A stretch of DNA of 64,000 nt. Source: an uncultured Candidatus Peribacteria bacterium. GTDB taxonomy: Bacteria; Patescibacteriota; Gracilibacteria; UBA1369. Positions 8,842-23,963 of the stretch are shown piece by piece. Each line of letters starts with the position of its first letter. Positions within the stretch are counted from its first letter, which is position 1. The stretch lies in NCBI GenBank assembly GCA_965231025.1, contig OZ246407.1:746935-810934 (forward strand). Reading direction: 5' to 3'. The notes beneath the pieces were generated by a model. That model saw nothing but the letters and a program-made list of their open reading frames with translations. It was not told where the DNA came from and did not search any database. Position numbers and translations under genes: made by a program.

Positions 8842-9318
8842 ATGATGTCCAAATTTAATACTCACGTTATGACGACTCTTCCCCCGCCAACCGGTGAAAT
8901 CCCCGCATTATCCGAAGAAGAAATCAAGGCTCTGAAAAGTAACACAAATACCACAGCCACAAGGACGGATGATACTGAACTTGGAGACATCCGGTCCCTG
9001 ACGGAAAGGCTCATGGCTGAAAACCTCACGGGAGGCGGAGTGGATATCCACGAAAACCCGAGTACGGCACCCGATAAAGATGATGCTGGCCCCGATTCCA
9101 TGCACCCGGAACGGTGGGCAATGACAAACCGACCGCCAAGCATGGAAGATATTGCCGACATTCATGTTGCTCTCCACAGAAAACCTGCGCTTCCCGACGG
9201 AACAGATGAAGCGGGAAACCCTCCTAATAAGGTTCCCGGAGCAGACGAAACAGAAAAAAAGGCCGAACAAACCACGGGAGACCAAACCGCCTTCTGTGTT
9301 GAAGGGAGCGAAGACTAA
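8842..9318 (+). CDS. Hypothetical acidic, low-complexity protein (158 aa)
   Basis: The + strand ORF has a plausible composition. The overlapping - strand ORFs (8862-9161, 8908-9600) are Cys/Arg/Phe-rich and look spurious. First gene of a tightly spaced 4-gene string that ends in nadB. Confidence 0.4.
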   Translation: MMSKFNTHVMTTLPPPTGEIPALSEEEIKALKSNTNTTATRTDDTELGDIRSLTERLMAENLTGGGVDIHENPSTAPDKDDAGPDSMHPERWAMTNRPPSMEDIADIHVALHRKPALPDGTDEAGNPPNKVPGADETEKKAEQTTGDQTAFCVEGSED

Positions 9319-9332
9319 CATTCCAAACCCGG

Positions 9333-10052
9333 ATGCCTGAACTGGCAAGACAATTCGACGAACAGAAGGACACCGAGAGAATGAGCACGGCAACATCCCA
9401 CGAAAGACCTGTTGATGAAAGACACCAAGCCGGGACACCGGAGCAGGAAAACGACTGCACCATTCCATTGTTGTCCTGGGCACAAAACAGGGAACTTCGG
9501 GAATCTTTCCCTCGCCTCTTTGAAGAGATGCAAAGAGACCTTCAACGTCCGCCACCCGCAAGATCAGGGGGTATCTTAGGATCACAGCAGGACTGGACAC
9601 AAATGGTGAACCTGAAAGGTTTCATCGACACGGTCGCACTCGACCATACGTCGGCAAGACTGGACTACTACCTGACGAGGGAGCAAAATATACCAGTAGC
9701 ACAGCCTTTGGACCCAGCAGAGGAAAGAAAAAAAGGAATACAAAACTACCTCGACGCCCTGGACGTGTTGGAACTCCAGCCCGGCGACGACGAGGATGCC
9801 TTTCTGGAGGACGTAAAAGACCGCCGCCGCAGAAATCCGATAGCCAAACAGACCGCACGGCGCGTTATGGTCATACTTGAGGAAGCCAGGCGCCGTTTCC
9901 CGAACGAATTCACCGAACACCGGCTAAAACCGGAGCAAATCATGGACGAAACCGTTCAAGCCTACCCCACCTCCATGATTCCCCCTGCAAATCCTCAACT
10001 TCAGGATGACCTTCTTGCAGAATTAGGTACAATAGGAAACGAACAAAAATAA
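9333..10052 (+). CDS. Hypothetical protein (239 aa), no recognised domain
   Basis: The ORF is 14 nt downstream of the previous gene and has a charged/helical composition. Confidence 0.45.
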   Translation: MPELARQFDEQKDTERMSTATSHERPVDERHQAGTPEQENDCTIPLLSWAQNRELRESFPRLFEEMQRDLQRPPPARSGGILGSQQDWTQMVNLKGFIDTVALDHTSARLDYYLTREQNIPVAQPLDPAEERKKGIQNYLDALDVLELQPGDDEDAFLEDVKDRRRRNPIAKQTARRVMVILEEARRRFPNEFTEHRLKPEQIMDETVQAYPTSMIPPANPQLQDDLLAELGTIGNEQK

Positions 10053-10064
10053 TAACTTTCCTCC

Positions 10065-10400
10065 ATGGAAGAGAACCAAAAGATTATCGCGTTGCTGGAA
10101 GCCCAAAACGGCTATCTTAAGATAATGACCGAGACGCTGCGAAAAGAACACCGTGAAGCCAAAATCGGCCGCGTTATCCATGCGTTGCTCATTATCATCC
10201 CGGCTGTCGTGATACTCATTCTGGGATATTATCTCTGGACAGGAGTAACCCACTATCTGGACGTATTAAACAACAACGTCAACGCGCTCAAATCGAACTT
10301 CGATTCCATGACGACGTTTTTCTCCAAACTCATCCCCGATTTCAGCAAAATAGGACCGCAGCTCGAACAGACCTGGCAAGATATCCAATTCTGGAAATGA
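10065..10400 (+). CDS. Hypothetical single-pass membrane protein (111 aa)
   Basis: One clear TM segment (VIHALLIIIPAVVILILGYYLW) between helical regions. The stop overlaps the nadB start (ATGA, 10397-10400). Confidence 0.5.
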   Translation: MEENQKIIALLEAQNGYLKIMTETLRKEHREAKIGRVIHALLIIIPAVVILILGYYLWTGVTHYLDVLNNNVNALKSNFDSMTTFFSKLIPDFSKIGPQLEQTWQDIQFWK

Positions 10401-11920
10401 TGAACTACGATGTTGTTATACTTGGATCGGGCCTCGCGGGACTCAATAGCGCGCTCCAGGCCTCCAAATACGGAAAAGTACTCGTCGTGACAAAGTCAAA
10501 ACTCTTTGAATGCAACTCCTGGCACGCCCAGGGAGGTATTGCGGCAGTACTCAACAAAGGAGACAACTTCAAAAAACACATCCAGGACACCCTGGTTGCC
10601 GGGGGAAACCACAACAACAAAAAGGCCGTGGCGTATTTTGTAAAACAGGCGCCGATAACCATCAAAACGCTGGGAAAAATCGGAGTACCGTTCGAAAAAA
10701 CATCCCGAAACATCTACGACCAAAACCAGGAGGCGGGACACCGGGGACGCCGAATCGCCCATGTGGGAGACCACACCGGACGCAGTATCATGGAGGCACT
10801 GGTAAAAAAAGTCAGGGACCACAAAAAAATTGAAGTTTGGCAAAACTGTTTCGCGAAGGACCTCATCGTAATAAACAAAACATGCCTCGGAGTAGAACTG
10901 ATCAGAAACAGGAAATATACTGAAGTTTACGCACGCCGCATCATCCTTGCCACCGGCGGAGCCGGACAACTTTTCCAATACACCACCAACCCAAAGGTCA
11001 CCACCGGGGACGGAATAGCCCTCGCAGCGAGGACGGGCTGCCGCGTCAACGACATGGAGTTTATCCAGTTCCATCCAACCGCATTCTTAAACGGCGGCGG
11101 CGGCAAAGCCATTAATTACGGGAAACCCGGCCAAAAAGAGCCGTGCGAATCCCCTCTTTTCCTGATCTCGGAAACACTGCGCGGAGAAGGCGCGAAACTT
11201 ATCAATGCACAAGGAGTACGGTTCATGCCCAAATACCACAAACTGGCGGAACTTGCCCCCCGCGACATCGTTGCCCGCGCGGCTTTTGAAGAAATGAAAA
11301 CAGGAAAAATTTTCCTCGACATCAGGCACAGGACAAAACGTGAACTCCTGAAAAAATTCCCGACCATCTATGCCCACCTCAAAAAAAACGGCTATGATTT
11401 AAGCAAAGATCTTATACCCATCGTTCCGGCGGCACACTATCTTTGCGGAGGGGTGGTAGCCGACGTGACAGGAAAAACCGGCATCAAAAACCTCTATGCC
11501 GTGGGTGAAGTCGCCTGCACGGGACTCCAGGGGGCAAACCGGCTTGCATCCAATTCACTGCTGGAAGCCGCTGTCATGAGTCAGCACGTCATGGACTCCC
11601 CTCTTCCGAAAACCAATCACCAAACGGCACCGGAGCCCTTTCAAACCGGCAAAGATAAAACGATTCCGGCCTCGTCCGGAAAAATCACCGCACTCAGGGA
11701 AACTCTCCAGGAAACCATGTGGGAATGTGCAGGAATTGTCCGAACAAAAAAATTGCTCAGAAAGGGCGTTGCAGCGCTTAAAGAAATAAAAAAACAGATT
11801 CCCAAAAAAGACAGCCTGGACAAGTTCGAACTCCAGAACATGATCCAAACCGGGGAACTCATTTTACGGGCATCACAAAAAAGAACCAAGAGCCTTGGAG
11901 CCCATTACCGCACGAACTAA
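10397..11920 (+). CDS. nadB: L-aspartate oxidase (FAD flavoprotein of the NadB/FrdA/SdhA family)
   Basis: The sequence carries [13 protein letters not shown] (FAD dinucleotide fold), [46 protein letters not shown] and [12 protein letters not shown]. Confidence 0.85.
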   Translation: MMNYDVVILGSGLAGLNSALQASKYGKVLVVTKSKLFECNSWHAQGGIAAVLNKGDNFKKHIQDTLVAGGNHNNKKAVAYFVKQAPITIKTLGKIGVPFEKTSRNIYDQNQEAGHRGRRIAHVGDHTGRSIMEALVKKVRDHKKIEVWQNCFAKDLIVINKTCLGVELIRNRKYTEVYARRIILATGGAGQLFQYTTNPKVTTGDGIALAARTGCRVNDMEFIQFHPTAFLNGGGGKAINYGKPGQKEPCESPLFLISETLRGEGAKLINAQGVRFMPKYHKLAELAPRDIVARAAFEEMKTGKIFLDIRHRTKRELLKKFPTIYAHLKKNGYDLSKDLIPIVPAAHYLCGGVVADVTGKTGIKNLYAVGEVACTGLQGANRLASNSLLEAAVMSQHVMDSPLPKTNHQTAPEPFQTGKDKTIPASSGKITALRETLQETMWECAGIVRTKKLLRKGVAALKEIKKQIPKKDSLDKFELQNMIQTGELILRASQKRTKSLGAHYRTN

Positions 11921-12987
11921 GTTTTGCCACCCATCAAAAGTTCGGTCTGTTCCGCCATAGTCAAAGACTGGATGATATCCTCGATGTTTCCCTCCATAAT
12001 GGAAGGAATATTGCTCCAGCTCTGTTTAATGCGGTGGTCGGTCACGCGGTCCTGCGGAAAATTATAGGTACGGATCTTCTCCGACCTGTCCCCGCTCCCG
12101 ATCTGACTCAAACGCTTTTCACCAAGCTCCTTCTGGCGCTTTTCCTGTTCAAGGGCATACAACCGGGTACGCAATACTTCCATCCCTTTCTGCTTGTTTT
12201 TGAGCTGTGACTTTTCATCCTGCTGGGAAACCACCAGGCCGGAAGGAATATGGGTGATACGTACGGCTGAATCCGTAGTGTTGACGCTCTGGCCTCCCGG
12301 ACCTCCGGCCCGGAAGACGTCGATGCGCAAATCGGACTCCTTGATTTCGATATCCACCTCCTCGGCCTCCGGAAGCACGGCGACCGTTACCGTTGAGGTA
12401 TGAATGCGGCCCTGACTCTCGGTTGCCGGCACGCGCTGAACACGATGAACGCCGCTTTCAAACTTAAACTTGCTGTACGCGCCGTCTCCGACGATCTTGA
12501 AGATAATTTCTTTCAGGCCCCCGGCGGTAGCCTCGCTTTTGCTCATCAATTCAACCCGGTATCCGCAATTTTCCGCAAATTTGGAATACATACGGAAGAG
12601 TTCCGCCGAAAAAAGCGCGGCCTCCTCGCCTCCGGCACCGCCGCGAATTTCCATAATGACGTTTTTGAAATCGAGAGGATCTTTAGGCACAAGCTCAAGC
12701 TTCAAATCTTCCTCAACCTTCGACTGGATCTCTTTGGCCCCCTGCATCTGTTCCTTCACCATGGTGCGCATCTCCTCATCCTTCTCGGTTTTTAAAATAT
12801 CTTCGGCATCCTTAATCTCCTGCCCCGCTTTTTTATGTTCACGGAAAAGCGCGACGGCCTTGCCGATTTCCTTATAGCGACGCATCAGGGTCGTATACTC
12901 CCTCTGATTGCTTATGACGGCGGGATCCGCGAGCTTCACCTCAATTTCAAGATACTCTTTTTCGAGTTGTTGAAGTTTATTAAACAT
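11917..12987 (-). CDS. prfA: Peptide chain release factor 1
   Basis: GGQ motif ([25 protein letters not shown]) and the RF1-type PxT tripeptide ([16 protein letters not shown]). Confidence 0.95.
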   Translation of the reverse strand: MFNKLQQLEKEYLEIEVKLADPAVISNQREYTTLMRRYKEIGKAVALFREHKKAGQEIKDAEDILKTEKDEEMRTMVKEQMQGAKEIQSKVEEDLKLELVPKDPLDFKNVIMEIRGGAGGEEAALFSAELFRMYSKFAENCGYRVELMSKSEATAGGLKEIIFKIVGDGAYSKFKFESGVHRVQRVPATESQGRIHTSTVTVAVLPEAEEVDIEIKESDLRIDVFRAGGPGGQSVNTTDSAVRITHIPSGLVVSQQDEKSQLKNKQKGMEVLRTRLYALEQEKRQKELGEKRLSQIGSGDRSEKIRTYNFPQDRVTDHRIKQSWSNIPSIMEGNIEDIIQSLTMAEQTELLMGGKT

Positions 12988-13840
12988 ACGGCGGCCATTC
13001 TACCACAAACATTCTATCAATGTGAGCATAATCTTGTTCGAACCGGATGTCCTGCCCGGGAAAATATTTCTGAAAAAGCAAAACCAGCTCATCTTTCTGA
13101 AGAAAACCAAACTCACCCAATAACAAACGGGGACGCCAGGACCTCCGGGAAAGCTGTTCGAAAAATCGTTCATACAAACCCAACCCGTCCTCTCCCCCAA
13201 AGAGCGCCACGTGAGGCTCATAATCGACCGCCGATTTGCTCACAAAAGAAAACCGCTTCTCCCCGATATAAGGCAAATTGGCGACAACGATATCAAAAGC
13301 ACCTTCAACCGAATCCAGCAGATCGCTCTGGAGAAAATCCACCCGATCGGCGACACCAAGATGAGATGCGTTATTTTTGGCGACCGCCAGTGCCTCAATG
13401 GAAATATCGACTCCGGTCACCTCCGCGACCGGCAAATGTTTGGCAACAGAAACGGCGATGCACCCGCTGCCCGTTCCGACATCCAAAATCCGGACTTTCC
13501 GTCCCTCCATTGTTGAAGCGGGACGGGTATATTCCAAAATCTTTTCGACCAGGTGTTCCGTTTCCGGACGGGGGATAAGAACCCTCCGGTCCACCGCAAA
13601 ATCGAGCCCGTAAAACTCCTTTTTCCCAAGGAGATAAGCCACCGGCTCGCCCTGTACCATCCTGCCGAAAAGTTCGGAGAATCTTTCAATGGCTTGATCC
13701 GGGACCTCCTCTTCACCGGCTGAAAGCAAATGAGCCCGGTCCCTGCCCAAAACAAAAGCGAGCAAAAGCTCAGTCCCAAGATGGTCTCCTTCGGGGCCCG
13801 AACTCATACGGGACTGCTGTAATAGTTCTCGAATGTTCAT
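12980..13840 (-). CDS. prmC: Release-factor glutamine N5-methyltransferase PrmC/HemK
   Basis: SAM-binding [12 protein letters not shown] and a catalytic NPPY-type motif, here VVANLPYI. I place the start at the ATG at 13840 (MNIRELLQQ). The track start at 13924 would run through the rpsU terminator. Overlaps the prfA start by 8 nt. Confidence 0.85.
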   Translation of the reverse strand: MNIRELLQQSRMSSGPEGDHLGTELLLAFVLGRDRAHLLSAGEEEVPDQAIERFSELFGRMVQGEPVAYLLGKKEFYGLDFAVDRRVLIPRPETEHLVEKILEYTRPASTMEGRKVRILDVGTGSGCIAVSVAKHLPVAEVTGVDISIEALAVAKNNASHLGVADRVDFLQSDLLDSVEGAFDIVVANLPYIGEKRFSFVSKSAVDYEPHVALFGGEDGLGLYERFFEQLSRRSWRPRLLLGEFGFLQKDELVLLFQKYFPGQDIRFEQDYAHIDRMFVVEWPPYV

Positions 13841-13920
13841 AGATACCACGTAGTGGTCCGAGCGCACGGCGCGAGGGCGCAGGAATCCGGCTTTGCCGGT
13901 TCCGAAGCGTAAAAATAAGC

Positions 13921-13950
13921 CCAAAAACCCCCAGTCGGAACCGGGGGTTT
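13921..13950 (-). terminator. Intrinsic terminator downstream of rpsU
   Basis: The minus strand reads aaaccccc-ggttccgact-gggggtttttgg, starting 9 nt after the rpsU stop. Confidence 0.6.
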
Positions 13951-13958
13951 AAAGAATC

Positions 13959-14165
13959 TTAGTAAAACTTCTGTCTCTCGCGCTGCTGACGATAGTGGGT
14001 ACGCATCATGGCGGCGGTGCGTTGATGACGTGTACTTGGCTTCTTTTTGCGGTAACGGCGTTCCTTATTCATGAGAATAATACGGCTCGACTGCACTTTT
14101 TTATTGAAGCGGGAGATCAAACGATCAACGGATTCTTTCGGATTTTTCCAGAGTGTTACGGCCAT
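13959..14165 (-). CDS. rpsU: 30S ribosomal protein S21
   Basis: The protein MAVTLWKNPKESVDRLISRFNKKVQSSRIILMNKERRYRKKKPSTR... is a typical bS21. A strong SD (GGAGGTG) lies 7 nt upstream. Confidence 0.9.
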   Translation of the reverse strand: MAVTLWKNPKESVDRLISRFNKKVQSSRIILMNKERRYRKKKPSTRHQRTAAMMRTHYRQQRERQKFY

Positions 14166-14213
14166 ACAGTTTCACCTCCTTCCAACGGCTTAAATGAAAT
14201 AAAAAGCCCCACT

Positions 14214-14241
14214 ATTATAAAAAGAACTAGGCAAAAGTCAA
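14214..14241 (-). promoter_or_regulatory. sigma70-like promoter of rpsU
   Basis: On the minus strand, TTGACT (14241-14236), a 16-nt spacer, then TATAAT (14219-14214). Confidence 0.5.
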
Positions 14242-14296
14242 ATTGTTCCCTAAAATCCCCCGCGAACCCGAACAAATCGAAGGCTCTTGAAAGTTA

Positions 14297-14324
14297 TTGA
14301 CAAAATTCAATACAGTGTTAAAAT
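14297..14324 (+). promoter_or_regulatory. sigma70-like extended -10 promoter of the cyclase gene
   Basis: TTGACA (14297-14302), a 16-nt spacer ending in TGt, then TAAAAT (14319-14324), 24 nt before the ATG at 14348. Confidence 0.5.
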
Positions 14325-14347
14325 AAGCACTTATATTCAACCATAGT

Positions 14348-19467
<5,120 letters not shown>

Positions 19468-19530
19468 TTAAGCCACATCTGAAGGCATGTACCTACAAAA
19501 AAGATTCACACCTCAAAAAAGGCCAATGGG

Positions 19531-19558
19531 AATATATCACAACTGTGTACCAATGCAA
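19531..19558 (-). promoter_or_regulatory. Candidate extended -10 promoter of gyrB
   Basis: On the minus strand, TTGCAT (19558-19553), a 16-nt spacer ending in TGa, then TATATT (19536-19531). The leader is about 85 nt. Confidence 0.4.
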
Positions 19559-19561
19559 TAG

Positions 19562-22027
19562 TTAAGACTGGGGTTTTCCCGCTTCAAATGCAGCCTTTAC
19601 CTGGGCGGAAACATCGGCCAAATTCAAACTTCCCTCCACGGGTTTGTCACCCGCCGCCGTATGAACAACCAGATTGGTGACAATACTATTCTTCCCGTCG
19701 ACGTCAAAGGAGAAACTAATGGACTGGTCTGAAACGAGAATGGCGTTGCCGACGGTAAAAAAGCTCTTGGAAAGATCATTGATGACAAGATCCGCCTCCG
19801 TCGTGCCGATATCGCCCGCCTTAAGTTTTTGGATGAGCAGAATCTTTGCGACACGCTCCGTCTTCGACACGGTCGGAACAGGGACAGGAGTTGGAGAAGG
19901 TTCCGGCTCAGGCTGAACTGCGGGCTGTGGCTTAGGCTGCTGAGTCTTTGTTTTGACCAGCAATTCCAAATTCGAAAGCTTTACCGGTTCAGTCGACAGC
20001 AACGCATTCCCGGCGTATATCTCGGAAAGAAGCTTGTTGTTCCAATCATACTGACCACGGACGCTTACTCCAGCCACCGCGACGTTGCTGACGGAAATAC
20101 TCCGCTGACTGATATCCCGCAAAGTGCCCAAAGAAACCGATGTCGCCCCTATGGCGGCAAAATCTTTCTGGATCTGAGACAAAATCTGATCGGTGGTGAC
20201 CACGGGAGCCGTCTGGTTTCCCAGAATCTCCTGGCGAACCTCGTCAATGCTGATCTGCTCCTCCTGGGCCTGGACAAACTCCTGAAACTGATTCTTTCGG
20301 GAAGCCCCGTGCAACGTCGTCCCGACATATTCAGGTGAGTTCAAATACCGGAAAAAGACTCCAAAATCTTCCAGACGTTTGGCATACAGTTCATTCACGG
20401 CAACCTGCTGATCTGGCGGCAACTGAAGATCGTCCGCCTCCCTGAACAAACGGAACACGATCTGCTTGGCATCATCCACGGCTATTTTATCGGCAAGGAA
20501 ATACGTCTTCAGCTGACGGAGAAAATCAATTTTGGTACTGACGATCGTCTGCTTTTCTTCGTTTTTACCCTCACCGTCCGGCAGAAGGGCTAACCACTGT
20601 TGTTCAAGCTGGCTCTTCATCGCGAAGAAACGGTCGCGGTAAAATATCGGATAATTCCGGATCAGGTTGTCCATGATCTGATTCTCCTCCGCCAAAATAT
20701 TGCGCATCCGTCCGAGACGTGTTTTTTCCTGATCAACAATCTGGGTAAACTGGGCAAAATAATCCTCTAGCGCCTGGCGCGCGGACTGGGAACTTGTATC
20801 CGCAAGATCGTAAACGCTGTTCATGGTACTGCGGACAAGCAGGAACTTCTCGCGGATTTCATCTTCCCCGCTTCCGAGACGGGAAAGCAAATAGTTCGAA
20901 ACGGCTGATTTTGCCGGAGCCAGTGAATCATCCGGCGAAACATATGCCATTTGATCGTACTCATTGCGAATCCTCTGCAAAACCACAGCCCCATAAACAT
21001 CACCCCGGGCGGGAACTTCCTCGTCGAGCAGTTTCTTAAAAAGATCCAGACGCTCCGCGGCTTTGGTCGTCTGCCCAAAAAGCAAAAGGTATTTGGCATC
21101 GCCGAAATGATCGAAAATATCATCATTCGTCCTGTCAAAAACCTTCGATTCCGAAAAAGTGAGAAAATTATAAAAACGATGAACGGCAGGACCAAAGGTG
21201 TTGTTGATGTCCGAAATCTTCAGCCCGCGCGAACGGATCGCCTGGGAGGAATCATCGGCAATTTTATTCTCCAGTACCGCATCCAGCTTCACATTCTCCT
21301 TCAGCCAGGTATCTGTGCTCAAAACCTGGGGATCGATGGTTCCGAAGGGAAACTCCTTCACGAGTTTTGAATAAAAAAGTTTGCGAAGCGTGGTTTCATT
21401 CTTCGCAATTTTATCGGCATAGACGGTCGTCTGATTTCCCTCGGCAAGCAGATAACTGTTGATAAACTCGTCGTCCGGAAAGAGTTTTGCCGTTTGAGCC
21501 TTGAAATCCAGCGGAACCAACCCGACACTCGCCTGGTGTCGATGAGCGTAAACCGTCGTTTTCTGGTCATCCAGACTCACATCCACCGCAGCATAATCCG
21601 GAATAACATAAGCCCCGTTGGCGACGACATTCAGTCTGGCCGACGTGTAAAGGCTGTTCATCCATAAACGTCCCCGGGTAAGATTCAACACATACGCGTC
21701 GTGCTGGGCATCAAGAACATCCACCCCCACCACCGCGTTCTGCGAAAGCCGGACCAAACCGCGATCCGAAAAGCGAAGCTGAACGCCGCTGCCCGATTTC
21801 ACCTCGATGACATCACCGGCCTGGAGCTCCTGAAGAGACTCCCCGTCAAAAGTCTGCGTGACGCCCCCCCTGGCGACATCGGCGGACTGCCCCGAAGGAA
21901 CCAAAACGGTAAGATGTCCTTTGAGTTTGATTTCCTCCGGTCCGGCAAAAACCCGTTCCAGTCCCAAAGTCCCCAAAAAGACGACGAGCGCCAGAGTCAC
22001 GATGACGAGTTGTTTTATGCTTTTCAT
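19562..22027 (-). CDS. 821-aa membrane-anchored protein with an N-terminal FecR-like beta domain and a long helical region
   Basis: Signal anchor MKSIKQLVIVTLALVVFLGTLGL. FecR-like stretch GGVTQTFDGESLQELQAGDVIEVKSGSGVQLRFSDRGLVRLSQNAVV. A Pro-rich linker (QQPKPQPAVQPEPEPSPTPVPVP) sits near the C-terminus. Confidence 0.6.
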   Translation of the reverse strand: MKSIKQLVIVTLALVVFLGTLGLERVFAGPEEIKLKGHLTVLVPSGQSADVARGGVTQTFDGESLQELQAGDVIEVKSGSGVQLRFSDRGLVRLSQNAVVGVDVLDAQHDAYVLNLTRGRLWMNSLYTSARLNVVANGAYVIPDYAAVDVSLDDQKTTVYAHRHQASVGLVPLDFKAQTAKLFPDDEFINSYLLAEGNQTTVYADKIAKNETTLRKLFYSKLVKEFPFGTIDPQVLSTDTWLKENVKLDAVLENKIADDSSQAIRSRGLKISDINNTFGPAVHRFYNFLTFSESKVFDRTNDDIFDHFGDAKYLLLFGQTTKAAERLDLFKKLLDEEVPARGDVYGAVVLQRIRNEYDQMAYVSPDDSLAPAKSAVSNYLLSRLGSGEDEIREKFLLVRSTMNSVYDLADTSSQSARQALEDYFAQFTQIVDQEKTRLGRMRNILAEENQIMDNLIRNYPIFYRDRFFAMKSQLEQQWLALLPDGEGKNEEKQTIVSTKIDFLRQLKTYFLADKIAVDDAKQIVFRLFREADDLQLPPDQQVAVNELYAKRLEDFGVFFRYLNSPEYVGTTLHGASRKNQFQEFVQAQEEQISIDEVRQEILGNQTAPVVTTDQILSQIQKDFAAIGATSVSLGTLRDISQRSISVSNVAVAGVSVRGQYDWNNKLLSEIYAGNALLSTEPVKLSNLELLVKTKTQQPKPQPAVQPEPEPSPTPVPVPTVSKTERVAKILLIQKLKAGDIGTTEADLVINDLSKSFFTVGNAILVSDQSISFSFDVDGKNSIVTNLVVHTAAGDKPVEGSLNLADVSAQVKAAFEAGKPQS

Positions 22028-22201
22028 AAGGCAAATTCTTAATCTCTATATTATACAGGAAATCACCCAAGGGGTCAACAGACAAAACGGCACGATAACG
22101 GCTGAGAGGAGCCAAAAAATGCCAGATTGTTTTTATAATGCGCATCATTTATAATTTCAGCATAATTTTTGCTCAATTATCCGCTGAAAACCCGTTTATC
22201 T

Positions 22202-23959
22202 ATGAAAAAACATTCCCTGAAAAAACTGATGGCCGGATGTCTGACCATTCTGGCTATTTTTGTCCAATCCCAGGCGGCTTTTGCCTCCTTCAGCGACGTA
22301 TTTGAGAACAATCCCCAGGCTGAAGCCATCATGGTTCTCCAACACCGGAAAGTTATCAGCGGCTATCCCGACGGAACCTTCAAACCCGACAAACTCATCA
22401 ACCGGGCGGAATTCCTCAAGATGGCTTTTAATGACATGGGATACCGGGCGGCTCCGAACATGGATAAAACCGCGTTCGTGGACGTGCCCGCAGACAACTG
22501 GATCGCCCCGTACGTAAAAAAAGCGCTTGAAATAAGCATCATTAGTGCGAACGGCCCAAATCCCGTTTTTTCACCGGCCAATCCGATCACCAGGGTGGAA
22601 GCCATGAAGATTGCCTTCCCTATTTCGGGAATCGCCACTCCGTACTACACGGACATCGATCCGTCCGAACTGTTCCAGGACGTAAGCGCCAGGGCATGGT
22701 ACGCGTACCTCGCCCGTGCGGCAAAACTCCACGGCATCGTTTCGTCAAAACGCCCCGAACTCTTCTGGGCAAAACACCTTATGACCAGGGGGGACGCCGC
22801 GGAACTGATTTATGAACTCCAGCTCGCGCGTGACGACGGAGGAATATTCATAAGCGTCGAACCGTCAGACCCGACGGAAGGAATCGACCAGGTCTCTATG
22901 GATCTCCTGAACAACCCGAAATTCGCCATTCTCCTCGACGTATGGAAAAAAGCGAACACCGACTTCTACAACAAGGCGAACATCAACCAGGACGAGCTCG
23001 TGTACGGAGCCATCAAGGGTCTTGTCGAAAAACTTGGCGACCAGTACACCGTATTTGAAGAACCGAGCGACGCGTTGGGATTGCAGGAATACCTCCAGGG
23101 CGAATTTGAAGGTATCGGCACGGTCATCGACATCATCGACAACAACATCGTCATCATGAAAACATTGCCCGAATCCCCCGCCGAAAAAGCCGGACTCCAG
23201 ACCGGAGACATGATCAAAAAAATCAACGGTCAGGCCGTCGACGCCCTGACCATCAACCAGGTTTTGAACCTAATACGGGGTCAGGCCGGAACAACCGTAA
23301 ACCTGACCATTCAAAGGAGCAGCCAAACCATAGATGTCAGCATGGTAAGGGCAAAAATCACCTTCAGTTCGATCAGTGAAAAAATGATCGGAGGTATTGG
23401 ATACGTTTCCGTTACGGAGTTCACCGACAGCAGCCCCGAAGACTTCACAAAAGCCCTCTCCAACCTCGCGACGTCTTCACCGAAAGGGTACATCCTTGAT
23501 CTCAGGAGCAATCCGGGCGGATACCTGGACAGCTCAATCGAGATGCTTGGACACTTCATCGAAAGCGGAAAAACCGTTGTAACGACAAAGTCCGCCGACG
23601 GAGGGACGAGGGAATTCAAAACCACAGGAACCGCTGAGCTCAAAGGAAAACCACTGATCGTACTCGTTGACGACGGAAGCGCGTCCGCGGCGGAAATCAT
23701 GGCCGGGGCGCTGCAGGATCTGAAGCTGGGAAAACTCCTGGGAACAAAAACCTATGGAAAAGGCAGCGTTCAGGAAATCACCAACTACACCGACGACTCG
23801 CTCCTGAAAATCAGCATAGCCCACTGGCTCACGCCAAACGGCCGGGACATCAACGGGATAGGATTAACGCCCGACATTCTGGTGGAACTCGACCAGCAGC
23901 AACTTTTGAACGGCAAAGACAACCAGCTTCAAAGAGCACTCGACATACTGAATATGTAA
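22202..23959 (+). CDS. ctpA: SLH-anchored carboxy-terminal processing peptidase (S41, PDZ domain)
   Basis: Start moved to the ATG at 22202 (MKKHSLKKLMAGCLTILAIFVQSQAAFA signal peptide). Three SLH repeats, a PDZ domain (GLQTGDMIKKINGQAV) and the S41 core (DLRSNPGGYL, GSASAAEIMAGALQD, GKGSVQ). Confidence 0.85.
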   Translation: MKKHSLKKLMAGCLTILAIFVQSQAAFASFSDVFENNPQAEAIMVLQHRKVISGYPDGTFKPDKLINRAEFLKMAFNDMGYRAAPNMDKTAFVDVPADNWIAPYVKKALEISIISANGPNPVFSPANPITRVEAMKIAFPISGIATPYYTDIDPSELFQDVSARAWYAYLARAAKLHGIVSSKRPELFWAKHLMTRGDAAELIYELQLARDDGGIFISVEPSDPTEGIDQVSMDLLNNPKFAILLDVWKKANTDFYNKANINQDELVYGAIKGLVEKLGDQYTVFEEPSDALGLQEYLQGEFEGIGTVIDIIDNNIVIMKTLPESPAEKAGLQTGDMIKKINGQAVDALTINQVLNLIRGQAGTTVNLTIQRSSQTIDVSMVRAKITFSSISEKMIGGIGYVSVTEFTDSSPEDFTKALSNLATSSPKGYILDLRSNPGGYLDSSIEMLGHFIESGKTVVTTKSADGGTREFKTTGTAELKGKPLIVLVDDGSASAAEIMAGALQDLKLGKLLGTKTYGKGSVQEITNYTDDSLLKISIAHWLTPNGRDINGIGLTPDILVELDQQQLLNGKDNQLQRALDILNM

Positions 23960-23963
23960 GCAT

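Noticed and set aside
8908-9600. 230-aa minus-strand ORF spanning the 8842-9318 and 9333-10052 genes.
   Set aside because: Its composition is Cys/Arg/Phe-rich and it bridges two + strand ORFs that have tight operon spacing with nadB. I kept the + strand genes, at modest confidence.
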